Both the position numbers and the translations under genes were made by a program. Source: the human T2T-CHM13v2.0 reference genome, Homo sapiens. From it: 64,000 nucleotides of DNA. Positions 1 to 12,860 of this stretch are shown here, in pieces. The stretch is from the NCBI RefSeq assembly GCF_009914755.1, contig NC_060935.1. The stretch is one strand, 5' to 3'. The notes under the pieces were generated by a model that was not told the DNA's origin, did not search any database, and saw nothing but the letters and a program-made list of their open reading frames with translations. Position 1 is the stretch's first letter. Every line of letters begins with the position of its first letter.

Positions 1-693
1 TTAACATTTTTTCTTTCATTTCAACTTTGGTGAATCTGACAATTATGTGTCTTGGAGTTGCTCTTCTCGAGGAGTATCTTTGTGGCATTCTCTATATTTC
101 CTGAATCTGAACGTTGGCCTGCCTTGCTGGATTGGGGAAGTTCTCCTGGATAATATCCTGCAGAGTGTTTTCCAACTTGGTTCCATTCTCCCCGTCACTT
201 TCAGGTACACCAATCAGACGTAGATTTCGTCTTTTCACATAGTCCCATATTTCTTGGAGGCTTTGCTCATTTCTTTTTATTCTTTTTTCTCTAAACTTCC
301 CTTCTCACTTCATTTCATTCATTTCATCTTCCATTGCTGATACCCTTTCTTCCAGTTGATCACATCGGTCCTGAGGCTTCTGCATTCATCACGTAGTTCT
401 TGTACCTTGATTTTCAGCTCCATCAGCTCCTTTAAGCACTTCTCTGTATTGTTTATTCTAGTTATACATTCTTATAAACTTTTTTCAAAGTTTTCAACTT
501 CTTTGCCTTTGGTTTGAATGTCCTCCCGTAGCTCAGAGTAATTTGATCGTCTGAAGCCTTCTTCTCTCAGCTCGTCAAAGTCATTCTCTGTCCAGCTTTG
601 TTCCGTTGCTGGTGAGGAACTGCGTTCCTTTGGAGGAGGGGAGATGCTCTGCTTTTTAGAGTTTCCAGTTTTTCTATTCTGTTTTTTCCCCAT
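1..693 (-). pseudogene. L1 ORF1p, disrupted
   Basis: ATG at 693. Premature TAA at 472-474 replaces the GAA of ...EKNLEECIT. ORF1 homology continues to the window edge (KVEMKEKML). Confidence 0.93.
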
Positions 694-1077
694 CTTTGTG
701 GTTTTATCTACTTTTGGTCTTTGATGATGGTGATGTACAGATGGGTTTTTGGTGTGGATGTCCTTTCTGTTTGTTAGTTTTCCTTCTAACGGACAGGACC
801 CTCAGCTGCAGGTCTGTGGGAATACCCTGCCATGTGAGGTGTCAGTGTCCCCCTGCTGGGGGTGCCTCCCAGTTAGGCTGCTCGGGGGTCAGGGACCCAC
901 TTGAGGAGGCAGTCTGCCCATTCTCAGATCTCCAGCTGCGTGATGGGAGAACCACCGCTCTCTTCAAATCTGTCAGACAGGGACATTTAAGTCTGCAGAG
1001 TTTACTGCTGTCTTTTTGTTTGTCTGTGCCCTGCCCCCAGAGGTGGAGCCTACAGAGGCAGGCAGGCCTCCTTGAGC

Positions 1078-1083
1078 TGTGGT
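1078..1083 (+). promoter_or_regulatory. RUNX motif in the L1 antisense promoter
   Basis: TGTGGT at L1 coordinates ~510-515, where the antisense RUNX3 site is described. Confidence 0.6.
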
Positions 1084-1140
1084 GGGCTCCACCCTGTTCG
1101 AGATTCCTGGCTGCTTTGTTTACCTAAGCAAGCCTGGGCA

Positions 1141-1395
1141 GTGGTGGGTGCCCCTCCCCCAGCCTCGCTGCTGCCTTGCGGTTTGATCTCAGACTGCTGT
1201 GTTAGCAATCAGGGAGACTCCGTGGGTGTAGGACCCTCTGAGCCAGGTGCGGGATATAATCTCGTGGTGCACCGTTTTTTCAGCCCGTCGGAAAAGCGCA
1301 GTATTTGGGTAGGAATGACCCGATTTTCCAGGTGCCATCCGTCACCCCTTTCTTTGACTCAGAAAGGGAACTCCCTGACTCCTTGCACTTCCTGA
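1141..1395 (+). pseudogene. L1 antisense ORF0 homologue, start codon changed to GTG
   Basis: Frame reads VVGAPPPASLLPCGLISDCCVSNQGDSVGVGPSEPG..., matching ORF0 MAGAPPPASLPPCSLISDCC as I recall it. GTG at 1141-1143. Confidence 0.8.
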
Positions 1396-1571
1396 GTGAG
1401 GCAATGCCTTGCCCTGCTTCAGCTCACGCATGGTGCATGCACCCACTGACCTGCACCCACAGTCTGGCACTCCCTAGTGAGATGAACCCGGTACCTCAGA
1501 TGGAAATGCAGAAATCACCCGTCTTCTGCATCGCTTATGCTGGGAGCTGTAGACCGGAGCTGTTCCTATTT

Positions 1572-1580
1572 GGCCATCTT
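1572..1580 (-). promoter_or_regulatory. YY1 site of the L1 internal sense promoter (+13 to +21)
   Basis: ggccatctt = AAGATGGCC on the minus strand, at the canonical distance from the L1 5' end. Confidence 0.85.
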
Positions 1581-1592
1581 GGCTCCTCCCCC

Positions 1593-4500
1593 ACTTCTGA
1601 CTAGTTTTTATGTGAAGACATTTCCTTTTTCACCATAGGCCTGAAAGTACTCAAAAATATCCCTTTGCAGATTCTACAAAAAGACTGCTTCCAAACTCCT
1701 TAATCAAAAGAAATTTTCAACTCTGTGAGAAGAATGCACACATCACAAAACAGTTTTTCAGAAAGCTTCTGTCTAATTTTTATGTGAAGATATGTCATTT
1801 TTCACCATAGTCATTAAACTGCTCACAAATATCCCTTTGCAGATACTACAAAAAGACCATTTCCAAACTGCTCAGTCAAAAGAAAGTTTCAGTTCTCTGA
1901 GATGAATGCACACATCACAAGGAAGTTTCTCGGAAAGCTTATGCTTAGTATTTATATAAAGTTATTTCCTTTTTCACCATAGGCCTCAAGTGGCTCACAA
2001 ATATCCCATTGTAGTTTCCACAAAAGGACTGTTTCCAAGCTGCTCAACTGATAGAAAGTTTTAACTCTGTGAGTTGAATGCACACATCACAAGGAAGTTT
2101 TTGAGAAAGCTTCTGTCTTGTATTTATGTGAAGATATTTCTTTTTCACCATAGGCCTCAAATCACTCAGAAATATCTCTTTGCAGTTTCTATAAAAAGAC
2201 TGTTTCAAAACTTCTCAATCCTAAGAAAAGTTCAGCTCTGTGCATTAAATGCATGCATCACAAAGAACATTCTCAGAAAGCTTCTTTCTAGTTTTTATGT
2301 GAATTATTTCCTTATTCACCATAGGCCTCAAAGGCCTCAAAAATATCCCTTTCCATATTTTACAAAAAGACTGTTTCCAAACTGCTCAATCAAAAGAATG
2401 GTTCAACTCTTTGAAATCAATGCACAAAACACAAGGAAGTTTCTCAGAAAGCTTCTGTCTGGTTTTTATATGAAGATATTTCTTTTTTCACCATAGGCCA
2501 CAACTGCTAAGAAATATAACATTGCAGTTTCTACAAAAAGACTCTTTCAAAATTGTTCAATTGAAAGAAAATTTAACTCTGTGAGATGAATGCACACATC
2601 ACAAAGAAGTTTCTCAGAAAGCTTCTGTCTAGTTTTCATGTGAAGATATTTGCTTTTCTACCATAAACTTCAAAGGTCTCACAAATATCTCTTTGCAGTT
2701 TCTACAAAAGACTGTTTCCAAACTGCTCAATCAAAAGAAACTTTCACCTCTGTGAGTTGAATGCACACATCACAAAGAAGTTCCTCAGAAAGCTTCTGTC
2801 TTGTTTTTATGTGAAGATATTTCCTTTTTCACCATAGGCCACGAAGGGCTCCCAAATATCCCTTTGCAGATTCTATGAAAAGACTGTTTCCAAACTGCTC
2901 AATCAAAAGAAAGTTTCAACTCCATGAGATGAATGCACACATCAGAAAGAAGTTTCTCAGAAAGCTTCTGTCTAGTTTTTATATGAAGATATTTCCTTTT
3001 TCACCATAGGCCACGAAGGGCTCCCAAATATCCCTTTGCAGATTCTATGAAAAGACTGTTTCCAAACTGCTCAATCAAAAGAAAGGTTCAACTCCATGAG
3101 ATGAGTGCACACATCAGAAAGAAGTTTCTCAGAAAGCTTCTGTCTATGTTTTTGTGAAGATACTTCCTTTTTCACCATAGGCCTCAAAGAGCTCTCAAAT
3201 ATCCTTTTGCAGATTTTACAAAAGGACAGTTTCCAAACTGCTCAATCAAACGAAAAATTCAACTCTGCGAGATGAATGTACACATCAAAAAGTAGATCCT
3301 CAGAATGTTTCTATCTGTTTTTTTATGTGAAGATATTTCCTTTTTCACCATAGGCCTCAAAGGGCTCCCACATATCCCTTTGCAGATTCTACAAAAAGAC
3401 TGTGTCCAAACTGTTTAATCAAAAGACAGTTTACACTGTGTGAGATAAATGCACGCATCACAAAGAAGTTTCTCAGAAAGCTTCTATCTGGGTTTTTGTG
3501 AAGATATTTCCTTTATCAATATATTCCTAAAACTGCTCAGAAATACCCCTTTGCAGATTCTACAAAAAGACTGTTTCCAAACTGCTCAATCAGAAGAAAG
3601 TTTCAAATCTGTGAGGTGAATGCATACATCACAAAGAAGTTTTTCGGAAAGCTTCTGTCTAGTTTTCATATGAAGATAATTCCTTTTTCACCATAGGCCT
3701 CAAAGCAACGTGAAATATCACTTTGCAGATTCCACAAAAGATTGTTTCCAACCTGCTCAATCAAAAGAAAGGTTCAACTCTGTGAGAATGCACACATCAC
3801 AAAATGGTATCCTAGATAATTTCTGTTTAGTTTTTATGTGAAGATAAATCCTTTTCAAAATAGTCCTCAAAGGGCTCCCAAATATCCCTTTGCAGATTCT
3901 AGCAAAGAAATTATTCCAAACTGTTCAATCAAAAGAAATATTTAACACTGTGAGGTGAAAGCTCACATCACAAAGAAGTTTATGAGAAAGCTTCTGTCTA
4001 GTTTTTATGTGAAGATATTTCCTTTTTCACCATAGGCCTCAAGGGACTCCCAAATATCCCACTGCAGATTCTACAAAAAGACTGTTTCCAAACTGCTCAA
4101 TCAAAAGAAAGTTTCAACTATGTGTGATGAATGCAGGCATCACAAAAATGTTTCTCAGAAAGCTTCTCTCTAGTTTTCAAGTGAAGATATTTCCTTATTC
4201 ACCATAGGTCTCAAAGGGCTCCCAAATATCACTTTGCAGATTCTACAAAAATACTGTTTCCAAACTGCTCAATTGAAAGAAAGTTTCTACTCTGTGAGAT
4301 GAATGCACACATCTCAAAGAAGTTTCTGAGAAAGCATCTGTCTGGTTTTTATGTGAAGATATTTCCATTTTCACCATAGACCTCAAAGTGCTCCCAAATA
4401 TTCCTTTGCAGATTCTACAAAAAGACTGTTTCCAAACTGCTCTATTGAAAGAAAGATTCAACTGTGTGAGATGAATGCACACATCACAAAGAAGTTTCTC

Positions 4501-7500
4501 AGAAAGCTTCTGTGAAGTTTTCATTTGAAGATATTTCCTTTTTCACCATAGGCCTCAAATCGCTCAGATATAACCCTTTGCAGATTCTACATAAAGATAG
4601 TTTCTGAACTGCTCAATCAAAAGATCGGTTCAACTCTGTGAGATGAATGCACACATTAACAAGGAGTTTCTCAGAATGCTTCTGTCTAGTTTTTATGTGA
4701 AGATATTTCCTTTTTCACCACAGGCATCAAAGGGATACTAAATATCCTTTTGCAGATTCTACAAAAGACTGTTTCCAAACTGCTCTATGAAAAGAAAGGT
4801 TCAACTCTGTGAGATGAATGCACACATCACAAAGAAGTTACTCAGAATGCTTTTGTCTAGTTTTTATGTGAAAGTACTTCCTTTTTCACCATAGGCCTCA
4901 ATCCACTCAGAAATATCCCTTTGCAGATTCTACAAAAAGACGGTTTCCAAACTGCTCAATCAAAAGAATGGTTCAAATGTGTGAGATGAATGCACCCATC
5001 ACAAAGAAGTTTCTCAGAAAGCTTCTGTCTAGTTTTTATGTGAAGCTATATCCTTTTTTTTCACATTAGGCCTCAAACCACTCAGAAATATCGCTTTGAA
5101 GATTATCCAGAAAAGACTGTTTCCAAACTTTTCAATGAAAAGAAAGGTTCAACTGTGTGATATGAATGCTCACATCACTGGGAAGTTTCGCAGGAAGCTT
5201 CTGTCTAGTTTCTATGTGAAGATATTTCCTTTTTCAAAGTATGCCACAATCCGCTCTGAAATATCCATTTGCAGATTCTACAAAAAGATGGTTTCCAAGC
5301 AGCTCAATCAAAGGAAATGTTCAAATCTGTGAGATTAATGCACACATCCCAAAGAAGTTTCTGAGAAAATTTCATTCTAATTTTTATATGAAGATATTCC
5401 TTTTTTCACCATAGGCCTCAAAGAGCTTCCAAATATCTCTGTGTAGATTCTACAAAAAGAATGTTTCCAAAGTATTCAATGAAAAAAAGGTTCAACTATG
5501 TGAGATGAATGCACTCATCACAAAGAAGTTTCTCAGAAAAAACTTTGGTCTAGTTTTTATGTGAAGATATTTCCTGTTTCATCATAGTCCTCAAACTGCT
5601 CCAAAATATCCCTTTGCAGATTCTACAAAAAGACTATGTCCAAACTGCTCCATCAAAAGAAAGTGTCAATTCCACGAGATGTATGCACACATCACAAAGA
5701 AGTTTCTCAGAAAGATTCTGTCTAGTTTTTATGTGAAGATCTTTCCTTTTTCACCATAGGCCTCAAAGATCCCTCTAATATCACCATGCAAATTCCACAA
5801 AAAGAATGTCTCCAAACCACTCAATCAAAGGAAAGTTTCAACTCTGTGATATGGATTCACACATCACAAAAGAGTTTCTCATCAAGTTTCTGTCTAGTTT
5901 TTATGTGAAGATAATTACTTTTTCAATATAGGCCTCAAAGGGCTCCCAAATATCCCTTTGCAGATTCTAGAAAAATACTGTTTCAAAACTGCTCAATCAA
6001 AAGAAAGGTTAAACTCTGTGAGATGAATTCACATATCACAAAGATGTTTCTCAGAAAGCTTCTGTCTGGTTTCTGTCTGTTTTTCACAGTAGGCCTCAAA
6101 GGGATCCTTAATATCCCTTTCCAAATTCAAGAAAAAGATGGTTTCCAAACTGCACAATCAAAAGAAATTTTCAACTCTGCAAGTTGAATGCACACATCAC
6201 AAAGAAGTTTCTCAGAAAACTTCTGTCAATTTTTTATGCATAGTTATTTCCTTTTTCACCATAGTACTTGAAGGGCTCCCAAATATCTTTTGCAGATTCT
6301 ACAAAAAGACTGTTTCCAAACTACTCAATAAAAAAAAGGTTCAAATCTGTGATATGAATGCACATATCACAAAGATGTTCCTCAGAAAGGTTCTGTCTAG
6401 TTTTTATGTGAAGATATTTCCTTTTTCACCATAGGACTCTAAGGGCTCCCAAATATCCTTTGCAGATTCTAAAAAAAGACTGTTTCCAAATTGCTGAATT
6501 AAAAGAAAGTTTCAACTCTGTGAGAAGAATGCACACTTCACAAAGAAGATTCTCAGAAAGATTCTTTCTAGTTTTTTGCAAAGATACTTCGTTTTTCACA
6601 ATAGGCCTCAAATGGCTCAGAAATATCGCTTTGCAGATTCTACCAAGAGACTGTTTCCAAACTGCTCAATCAAAAGATTCTACTCTGAGATGAATGCACT
6701 CATCAGAAAGCAGTTTCTCAGAATGCTTCTGTCTAGTTTTTATGTGAAGATATTTCCTTTTTCACCATATGCCTCAAACCACTCAGAAATATCCCTTTGC
6801 AGATTCTAGAAAAAGACTGTATCCAAACTGCTCAACTGAAAGAAAGGGCCAGCTCTGCAAGATGAATGCAAACATCACAAAAGAGTATCTCAGCAAATTT
6901 CTGTCTAGTTTTAAAGTGAAGATAACTCCTTTTTCAATGGGGACCTAAAAGGGGTCCCAAATATCCCTTTGCATATTGTAGAAAAAGACTGTTTCAAAAG
7001 TGCTCAATCAACATATATGTTCAACTCTGTTAGATGAATGCACACATCACAAAGAACTTCTTCAGAAAACTCCTGTCTAGTTTCTATGTGAAGATATTTC
7101 CTTTTTCACCATAGGCCTAGAAGGGCTCCAAATATCACCTTGCGGTTTCTACAAAAAGACTGTTTCCAAACTGATCAAGCAAAAGAAAAGTTCAACTCTG
7201 TGAGATGAATGCACACATCACACAGAAGTTACTCAGAAATCTTCTGTGTAGTTTTTATGTGAAGGTATTTCCTTTTTCACCATAGGCCTCAAAGGGCTCC
7301 CAATTATCAATTTGCAGATTCTACAAAAAGACTGTTTCCAAACTGCTCACTCAAAAGAAAGGTTCAACTCTTTGAGATGAATGTGCACATCATAAAAGAG
7401 TTTCTCAGAAAAATTTTGTCTAGTTTTTATGTGAAGATAAGTTCTTTTTCAAAATAGGCCTCAAAGGGCTCCGGAATATCACATTGCTGATTCTAGAAAT

Positions 7501-10500
7501 GACTGTTTCCAAACTGCTGAATGAAAAGAAAAGTTCAACTCTTTGAGATGAATGCACACATCACAAAGAAGTTTCTCAGAAAGCTTCTGTCCAGTTTTTA
7601 TGTGAAGATATTCCCTTTTTCAACGTAGGCCTAAAAGGGTCCCCTAATATCCCTTTGCAGATTCTTGAAAAAGACTGTTTCCAAACTGCTCAATCAAAAG
7701 AAAAGTTCAACTCTGTGATTTGAATGAAGACATCACAAAGAAGTTTCTCAGAGAGTGTCTGTATAGTTTTTATTTGAAGATATTTCCTTTTTCACCATAG
7801 CCCTCAAAGCCCCCTGAAATATCACTTTACCAATTCCACAGAAAGAATCTTTCTAAACAGCCCAATCAAAAAGAAGATTGAACTCTGTGAGATGAATGCA
7901 CACATCACAAAGAAGTTCCTCAGAAAGCTTCTTTGTAGTTTTTATGTGAAGATATTTCCTTTTTCACCACAGGATTCGAAGGGCTCCCAAATATCCTTTG
8001 CAGAAACTACAAAAAGACTGTTTCCAAACTGCTCAATTAAAAGGAAAGGTTCAACTCTGTGAAATGAATGCACACATCAGACAGAAGTTTCTCAGAAATT
8101 TTCTGTCTAGTTTTTTGCAAAGATATTTTCTTTTTCACCATAGGCCTCAGACTGCTCAGAAGTAACCCTTTGCATATTCTACCAAAAGACTGTAGCCAAA
8201 ATGTTCAATCAAAAGAAAGTTTCAACACTGTGAGATGACTGCAATCATCACAAAGAAGTTTCTCAGAAAGCTTCTGTCTAGTTTTTATGTGAAAATATTT
8301 CCATTTTCACTGTAAGCCTCAAACCATTCAGAAATATCTCTTTGTGGATTCTAGAAAAAGACTGTTTCCAAACTGTTCAATCAAAAGAAACATTCAACCC
8401 TGCGAGATGAATGCGCATATCACAAAAGAGTATCTCAGAAAATTTCTGTCTAGTTTTAAAGTGAAGATAACTCCTTTTTCAAAGTAGGCCTCAAAGGGGT
8501 CCCAAATATCCCTTTGCAGATTCTAGAAAAAGAATATTTCCAACTTTTTCAATCAAAAGAAAGGTTCAACACTGTGTGATGAATGCACACATCACAAAGA
8601 AGTTTCTCAGAAAGCTTCTGTCTACTTTTTATGTGAAGATATTTCCTTTTTCACCATAGATCTCAAAGGGCTCCCAAATACCACTTTGCAGATTCTACAA
8701 AACGACTGTCTCCTAACTGCTCTATCAAAAGAAATGTTCAACTCTGTGAGATGAATGAACACATCATAAAGAAGTTTCTCAGAACGCATCTCTCTAGTTT
8801 TTATATGAAGATATTTACTTTTTCATCATAGGCCTCAAACAGCTCAGAAATATCCCCTTTGCAGATTCTGCAAAAAGAATGTTTCCTAACTGCTCAACCA
8901 AAAGAAAAGGTCAACACTGTGAGATGAATGCATGCATCACAATGCAGTTTCTCAGAAAGCTTCTGTCTAGTTTTTGTGTGAAGGTATTTCCTTTTTCACC
9001 ATAGGCCTCAAAGCACCCTCAAATATCACTTTGCAGATCCCAGAAAAATACTGTTTCAAAAACTGTTCAATCAAAAAAAGGTTTGACACTGTGAGATGAA
9101 TGCACACACTACAAACAAGATTCTCAGAAAGGTTCTGTCTACTTTTTATGTGAAGATATTTCCTTTTTCACAGTAGGCCTCCAAGGGTTCCAAAATATCC
9201 CATTGCAGATTGTACAAAAAGAATGTTTCCAAGCTGCTCAATCAAAAGAAAGTTTCAACTCTGTGAGATGAACGGAAACGTCACAAATTAGTTTCTCAGA
9301 AAGCTTCTACCTAGTTTTTATGTGAAGATATTTCCTTTTTCACCATAGGCCTGAATCCGCTGCGTAATATCCCTTTGCAGATACTACATATAGACTGTTT
9401 CAAAACTGGTAAATCAAAAGAAAGATTCAATTCTGTGAGATGAATGCGTGCATCACAAAGAAGTTTCTCAGAATGCTTCTGTCTAGTTTTTATGTGAAGA
9501 TGTTTCTTTTTTTACCATAAGCCTCAAACGGATCCCAAATATCCCTTTGCAGATTTTCCAAAAAGACTTTTCCAAGCTGCTCAATCAAAAGAAAGGTTCA
9601 ACTTTGTGAAATGAATGCACACAATCCAAAGTAGTTTCTCAGAAAGCTTCTGTCTAGTTTTTATGTGAAGATATTTCCTTTTTCACCATATACCTCAAAG
9701 GGTTCCAAATATCCCTTTGTAGACTCTACAAAAAGATTCTTTCCAAACTGCTCAATCAAAAGAAAGTTTTAACTCTGTGAGATGAATGCATACATCATAA
9801 AGAAGTTTCACAGACAGCATCTGACTAGTTTTTATATGAAGATATTTCCTTTTTCACAATAGGCCTCAAAGTGCTCAAAAATATCCCTTTGCAGATTCTA
9901 CAAAAAGACTGTTTCCAAAGTGTACCATCAAAAGAAATGTTCAACTCTGTGAGATGAATGCACACATGACAAAGAAGCTTCTCAGAAAGCTTCTATCTAG
10001 TTTTTATGTGAAGATATTCTCTTTTTCACCATTGGCCTCAAAGGATTACAAATATCCCTTTGCAGATTCTACAAAAGGACTGTTTCTAAACTGCTCAATC
10101 AAAAGAAAGCTTCAAACATGTGAAGTGACTGCACACATCACAAAAGGGTTTCTCAGGAAACTTCTGTCTAGTTTTTATGTGAACATATTTCCTTTTTCAG
10201 GATAGGCTTCAAAGCACCCTGAAATATCACGTTGCAGATTCTACAAAAAGACTGTTTCCAAGCTGCTCAAGGAAAAGAAATTTTCAACTCTGTGAAATGA
10301 ATGCACACATCACAAAGAAGTTTTTCAGAAAGCTTCTGTCTAGTTTTTATGTGAAGATAATTCCTTTTTCACCATAGGCCTCAAACCACTCAGAAATATC
10401 GCTTTGCATATTCTACAAAAAGATTGTTTCCATACTACTCACTCCAAAGGAACCTTCAACTCTGTGAGATGAATGCACACATCACAAAGAAGTTTCTCAG

Positions 10501-12300
10501 AAAGCTTCTGTCTAGTTTTTATGTGAAGATATTTCCTTTTTCACCATTGGCCTCGAAGGGCTCTCAAGTATCCCTTTGCAGATTCTATGATAAGACTGTT
10601 TCCAAACTGTTCAACTCTGTGAGATGAATGCACACGTCACAGGAAAGTTGCTCAGAAAGTTTCTGTCTAGTTTTTATGTAAAGATAATTCCTTTTTCACC
10701 ACAGGCTTCAAAGAGCTCCCAAATATCCCTTTGTAGATTATACAAAAAGACTGTTTCCAAACTGCTCATTCAAAAGAAAGTTTCAAATCTGTGGGATGAA
10801 TGCACATATCACATAGAAGTTTCTCAGAAAGCTTCTGTCTAGTTTTTATATGGAGATATTTTCTTTTTCACCATAGGCCTCCAAGCGCCCCCAGATATCC
10901 ATTGCAGATTGCACAAGAGGACTCTTTCCAAGTTGCTCTATCAAAAGAAAAGTTCAACTCTGTGAGACGAATGTACTTATCACAAAGAAGTTTCTCGGAA
11001 AGCTTCTATCTAATTTTTATGTGAAGACATTTCCTTTTTCACCATTGGCCTCAAACTGCTCAGAAATATCCCTTTGCAGATTCTACAAAAAGAGTGTTTC
11101 CAAACTGCTCTATCAAAAGAAAAGTTCAACTCTGTGAGATAAATGCACACATCACAAATAAGTTTCTCAGAAAACTTCTTTCTAGTTTTTATGTGAAGAT
11201 ATTTCCTTTTCCATCATAGGCCTCAAACGGCTTAGAAATATCCATTTGCAGACTCTACAAAAAGATTGTTTCCAAACTGCTCAATCAAAAGAAATTTTCA
11301 TCTCTCTGAGATGAATGCACACATCACAAAGACGTTTCTCAGAAAGCTTCTGTCTAATTTTCATTTGAAGATATTTTCTTTTTTACCATGGGCCTCAAAG
11401 GGATCCCAAATATCCCTTTGCAGATTTTACAAAAAGACTGTTTCCAAACTGCTGAATCAAAAGAAGGGTTCAACTCTGTGAAATGGATGCACACATCAAA
11501 AAGAAGTTCCTCAGAAAACTTCTGTCTACTTTTTGTATGAAGATATTTCCTTTTCCATGATAGGAATTGAAGGGCTCCCAAATATCCATTTGAAGATTCT
11601 ACAAAACACTGTTTCCAAACTTCTCAATCAAAAGAAAGTTTCAACACTGTGAGATGAATGCACACATCACAAGAAGTTTCTCAGAAAGCTTCTTTCTAGT
11701 TTTTATGTGAAGATATTTCCTTTTTCACCACAGGCCTCAAAAGGCTTAGAAATATCCCCTTGCAGATTCTAGAAAAATACTATTTCCAAACTCCTCAATC
11801 AAAGAAAGGTTCAAGTGTGTCAGATGAATACACACATCATAAAGAAGTTTCTGAGGAAGCTTCTGTCTAGTTTTTATGTGAAGATATTTCCTTTTTCACG
11901 ATAGGCCTCAAGGTGACCTCAATTGTCCCTTTGCAGATTCTACAAAAAGACTGTTTCCAAACTGCTCAATCAAAAGAAAATTTCAATTCTGTGAGATGAA
12001 TGCACACATCACACAGAAGTTCCTCGAAAAGCTTCTGTCTAGTTTTTATGTGAAGATATTTCCTTTTTCACCATAGGCCTCGAAGGGCTCCCAAGTATCC
12101 CTTTGCAGATTCTACAAAAAGACTGTAACCAAACTGCTCAATTAAAAGAAAGTTTCAAATCTGTGACATGAATACCCACATAACAGAAGATTTTCTCAAA
12201 AAATTTCTGTCTAGTTTTTATGTGAAGGTGTTTCCTTTTTCACCACAGACCTCGAAGGGCTCCAAAATATCCCTTTTCAGATTCTACAAAAAGACTGTTT
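1593..12300 (-). repeat. Monomeric alpha satellite, older ~172-bp A-type layer, block 1
   Basis: Tandem divergent units ...cacatcacaaagaagtttctcagaaagcttctgtctagtttttatgtgaagatatttcctttttcaccatagg..., the reverse complement of the usual alphoid consensus. Confidence 0.98.
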
Positions 12301-12315
12301 TTTTGTAGTTTTTTT

Positions 12316-12660
12316 ATTCAACAAAATTTTATTGATCATTTTTTCTGTATGAGGTATGATTTCTGAATTCAAAGTGATTACGGCCCAAAGAGTGAGATGC
12401 ATGTATAAATTATCCCCACACAGGGGTCATATTATAATTATCGCTGAAAGGCTAGAAAAGCTCACAATGAATAAACCAGAAGAGTTTCATTCTGAAAAGA
12501 CCATGAAAGGCTAACAACAAAGATGGCCTCTGAGCTTGACTTGGCCTCTGAGCTTGACCTGGAAAGGACAACAGGAGTTTTGAAGATAACAGCAAAATGT
12601 GGAAAGCATTTCAGTAGGAGGATAAAACAGCATTGGTAATCACATAGGAGAAGGAAATAG
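12316..12660 (-). mobile_element. Highly decayed L2 3'-end fragment (transduced)
   Basis: attcaacaaaattttattgatca resembles the antisense L2 terminus attcaacaaatatttattgagca. tgagcttgacctggaaagga...aggagtt...gaaagcatttcag...aacagcat also resembles the L2 consensus as recalled. Confidence 0.65.
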
Positions 12661-12699
12661 GAGCTTGAAAAAAAATTGTCACCAAGCAGTTCTAAACCA

Positions 12700-12860
12700 G
12701 AGATGTGCCTCTCTTGCCCAGGCTGAAGGGCAGTGGTGAGATCTTAGCTCAGTGAAGCCTCAACATTCCCGGCTCAAGTAATCCTCCAACCTCAGCCTCC
12801 CAAGTAGTTAGGACTACAGTTGTGGGTCACAATGCCCAGTTATTTTTTTTGTATCTTTTT
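12700..12860 (-). mobile_element. AluJ-like right arm plus part of the A-rich linker (transduced)
   Basis: ttgcccaggctgaagggcagtggtgagatcttagctca...gctcaagtaatcctccaacctcagcctcccaagtagttaggactacag, ending in ttttttttgtatcttttt. Confidence 0.88.

Larger units (their letters stand above)
1..1592 (-). mobile_element. 5' part of an L1 with complete 5'UTR, L1PA2 or late L1PA3 type; continues beyond the left edge
   Basis: Ends in ggccatcttggctcctccccc (reverse complement of the L1 start GGGGGAGGAGCCAAGATGGCC). A ~900-bp 5'UTR precedes ORF1 MGKKQNRKTGNSK. It lacks the ~128-bp 5'UTR block and encodes ANVQ in ORF1, as young L1PA elements do. Confidence 0.95.

Noticed and set aside
696-1604. Plus-strand ORFs over the L1 5'UTRs (also 53599-53908, 54460-54669) and antisense to ORF2 (14638-14919, 23772-24218)
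   Set aside because: Antisense frames expected from the L1 consensus; only the ORF0 portion has a known counterpart.
1593-1609. Probable TSD of the first L1 (acttctgactagttttt/at)
   Set aside because: It fits an endonuclease site, but the partner copy is outside the window and cannot be confirmed.
12700-12860. Independent Alu insertion into the satellite
   Set aside because: It is a half element with no alphoid flanks or TSD, embedded in the transduced segment.
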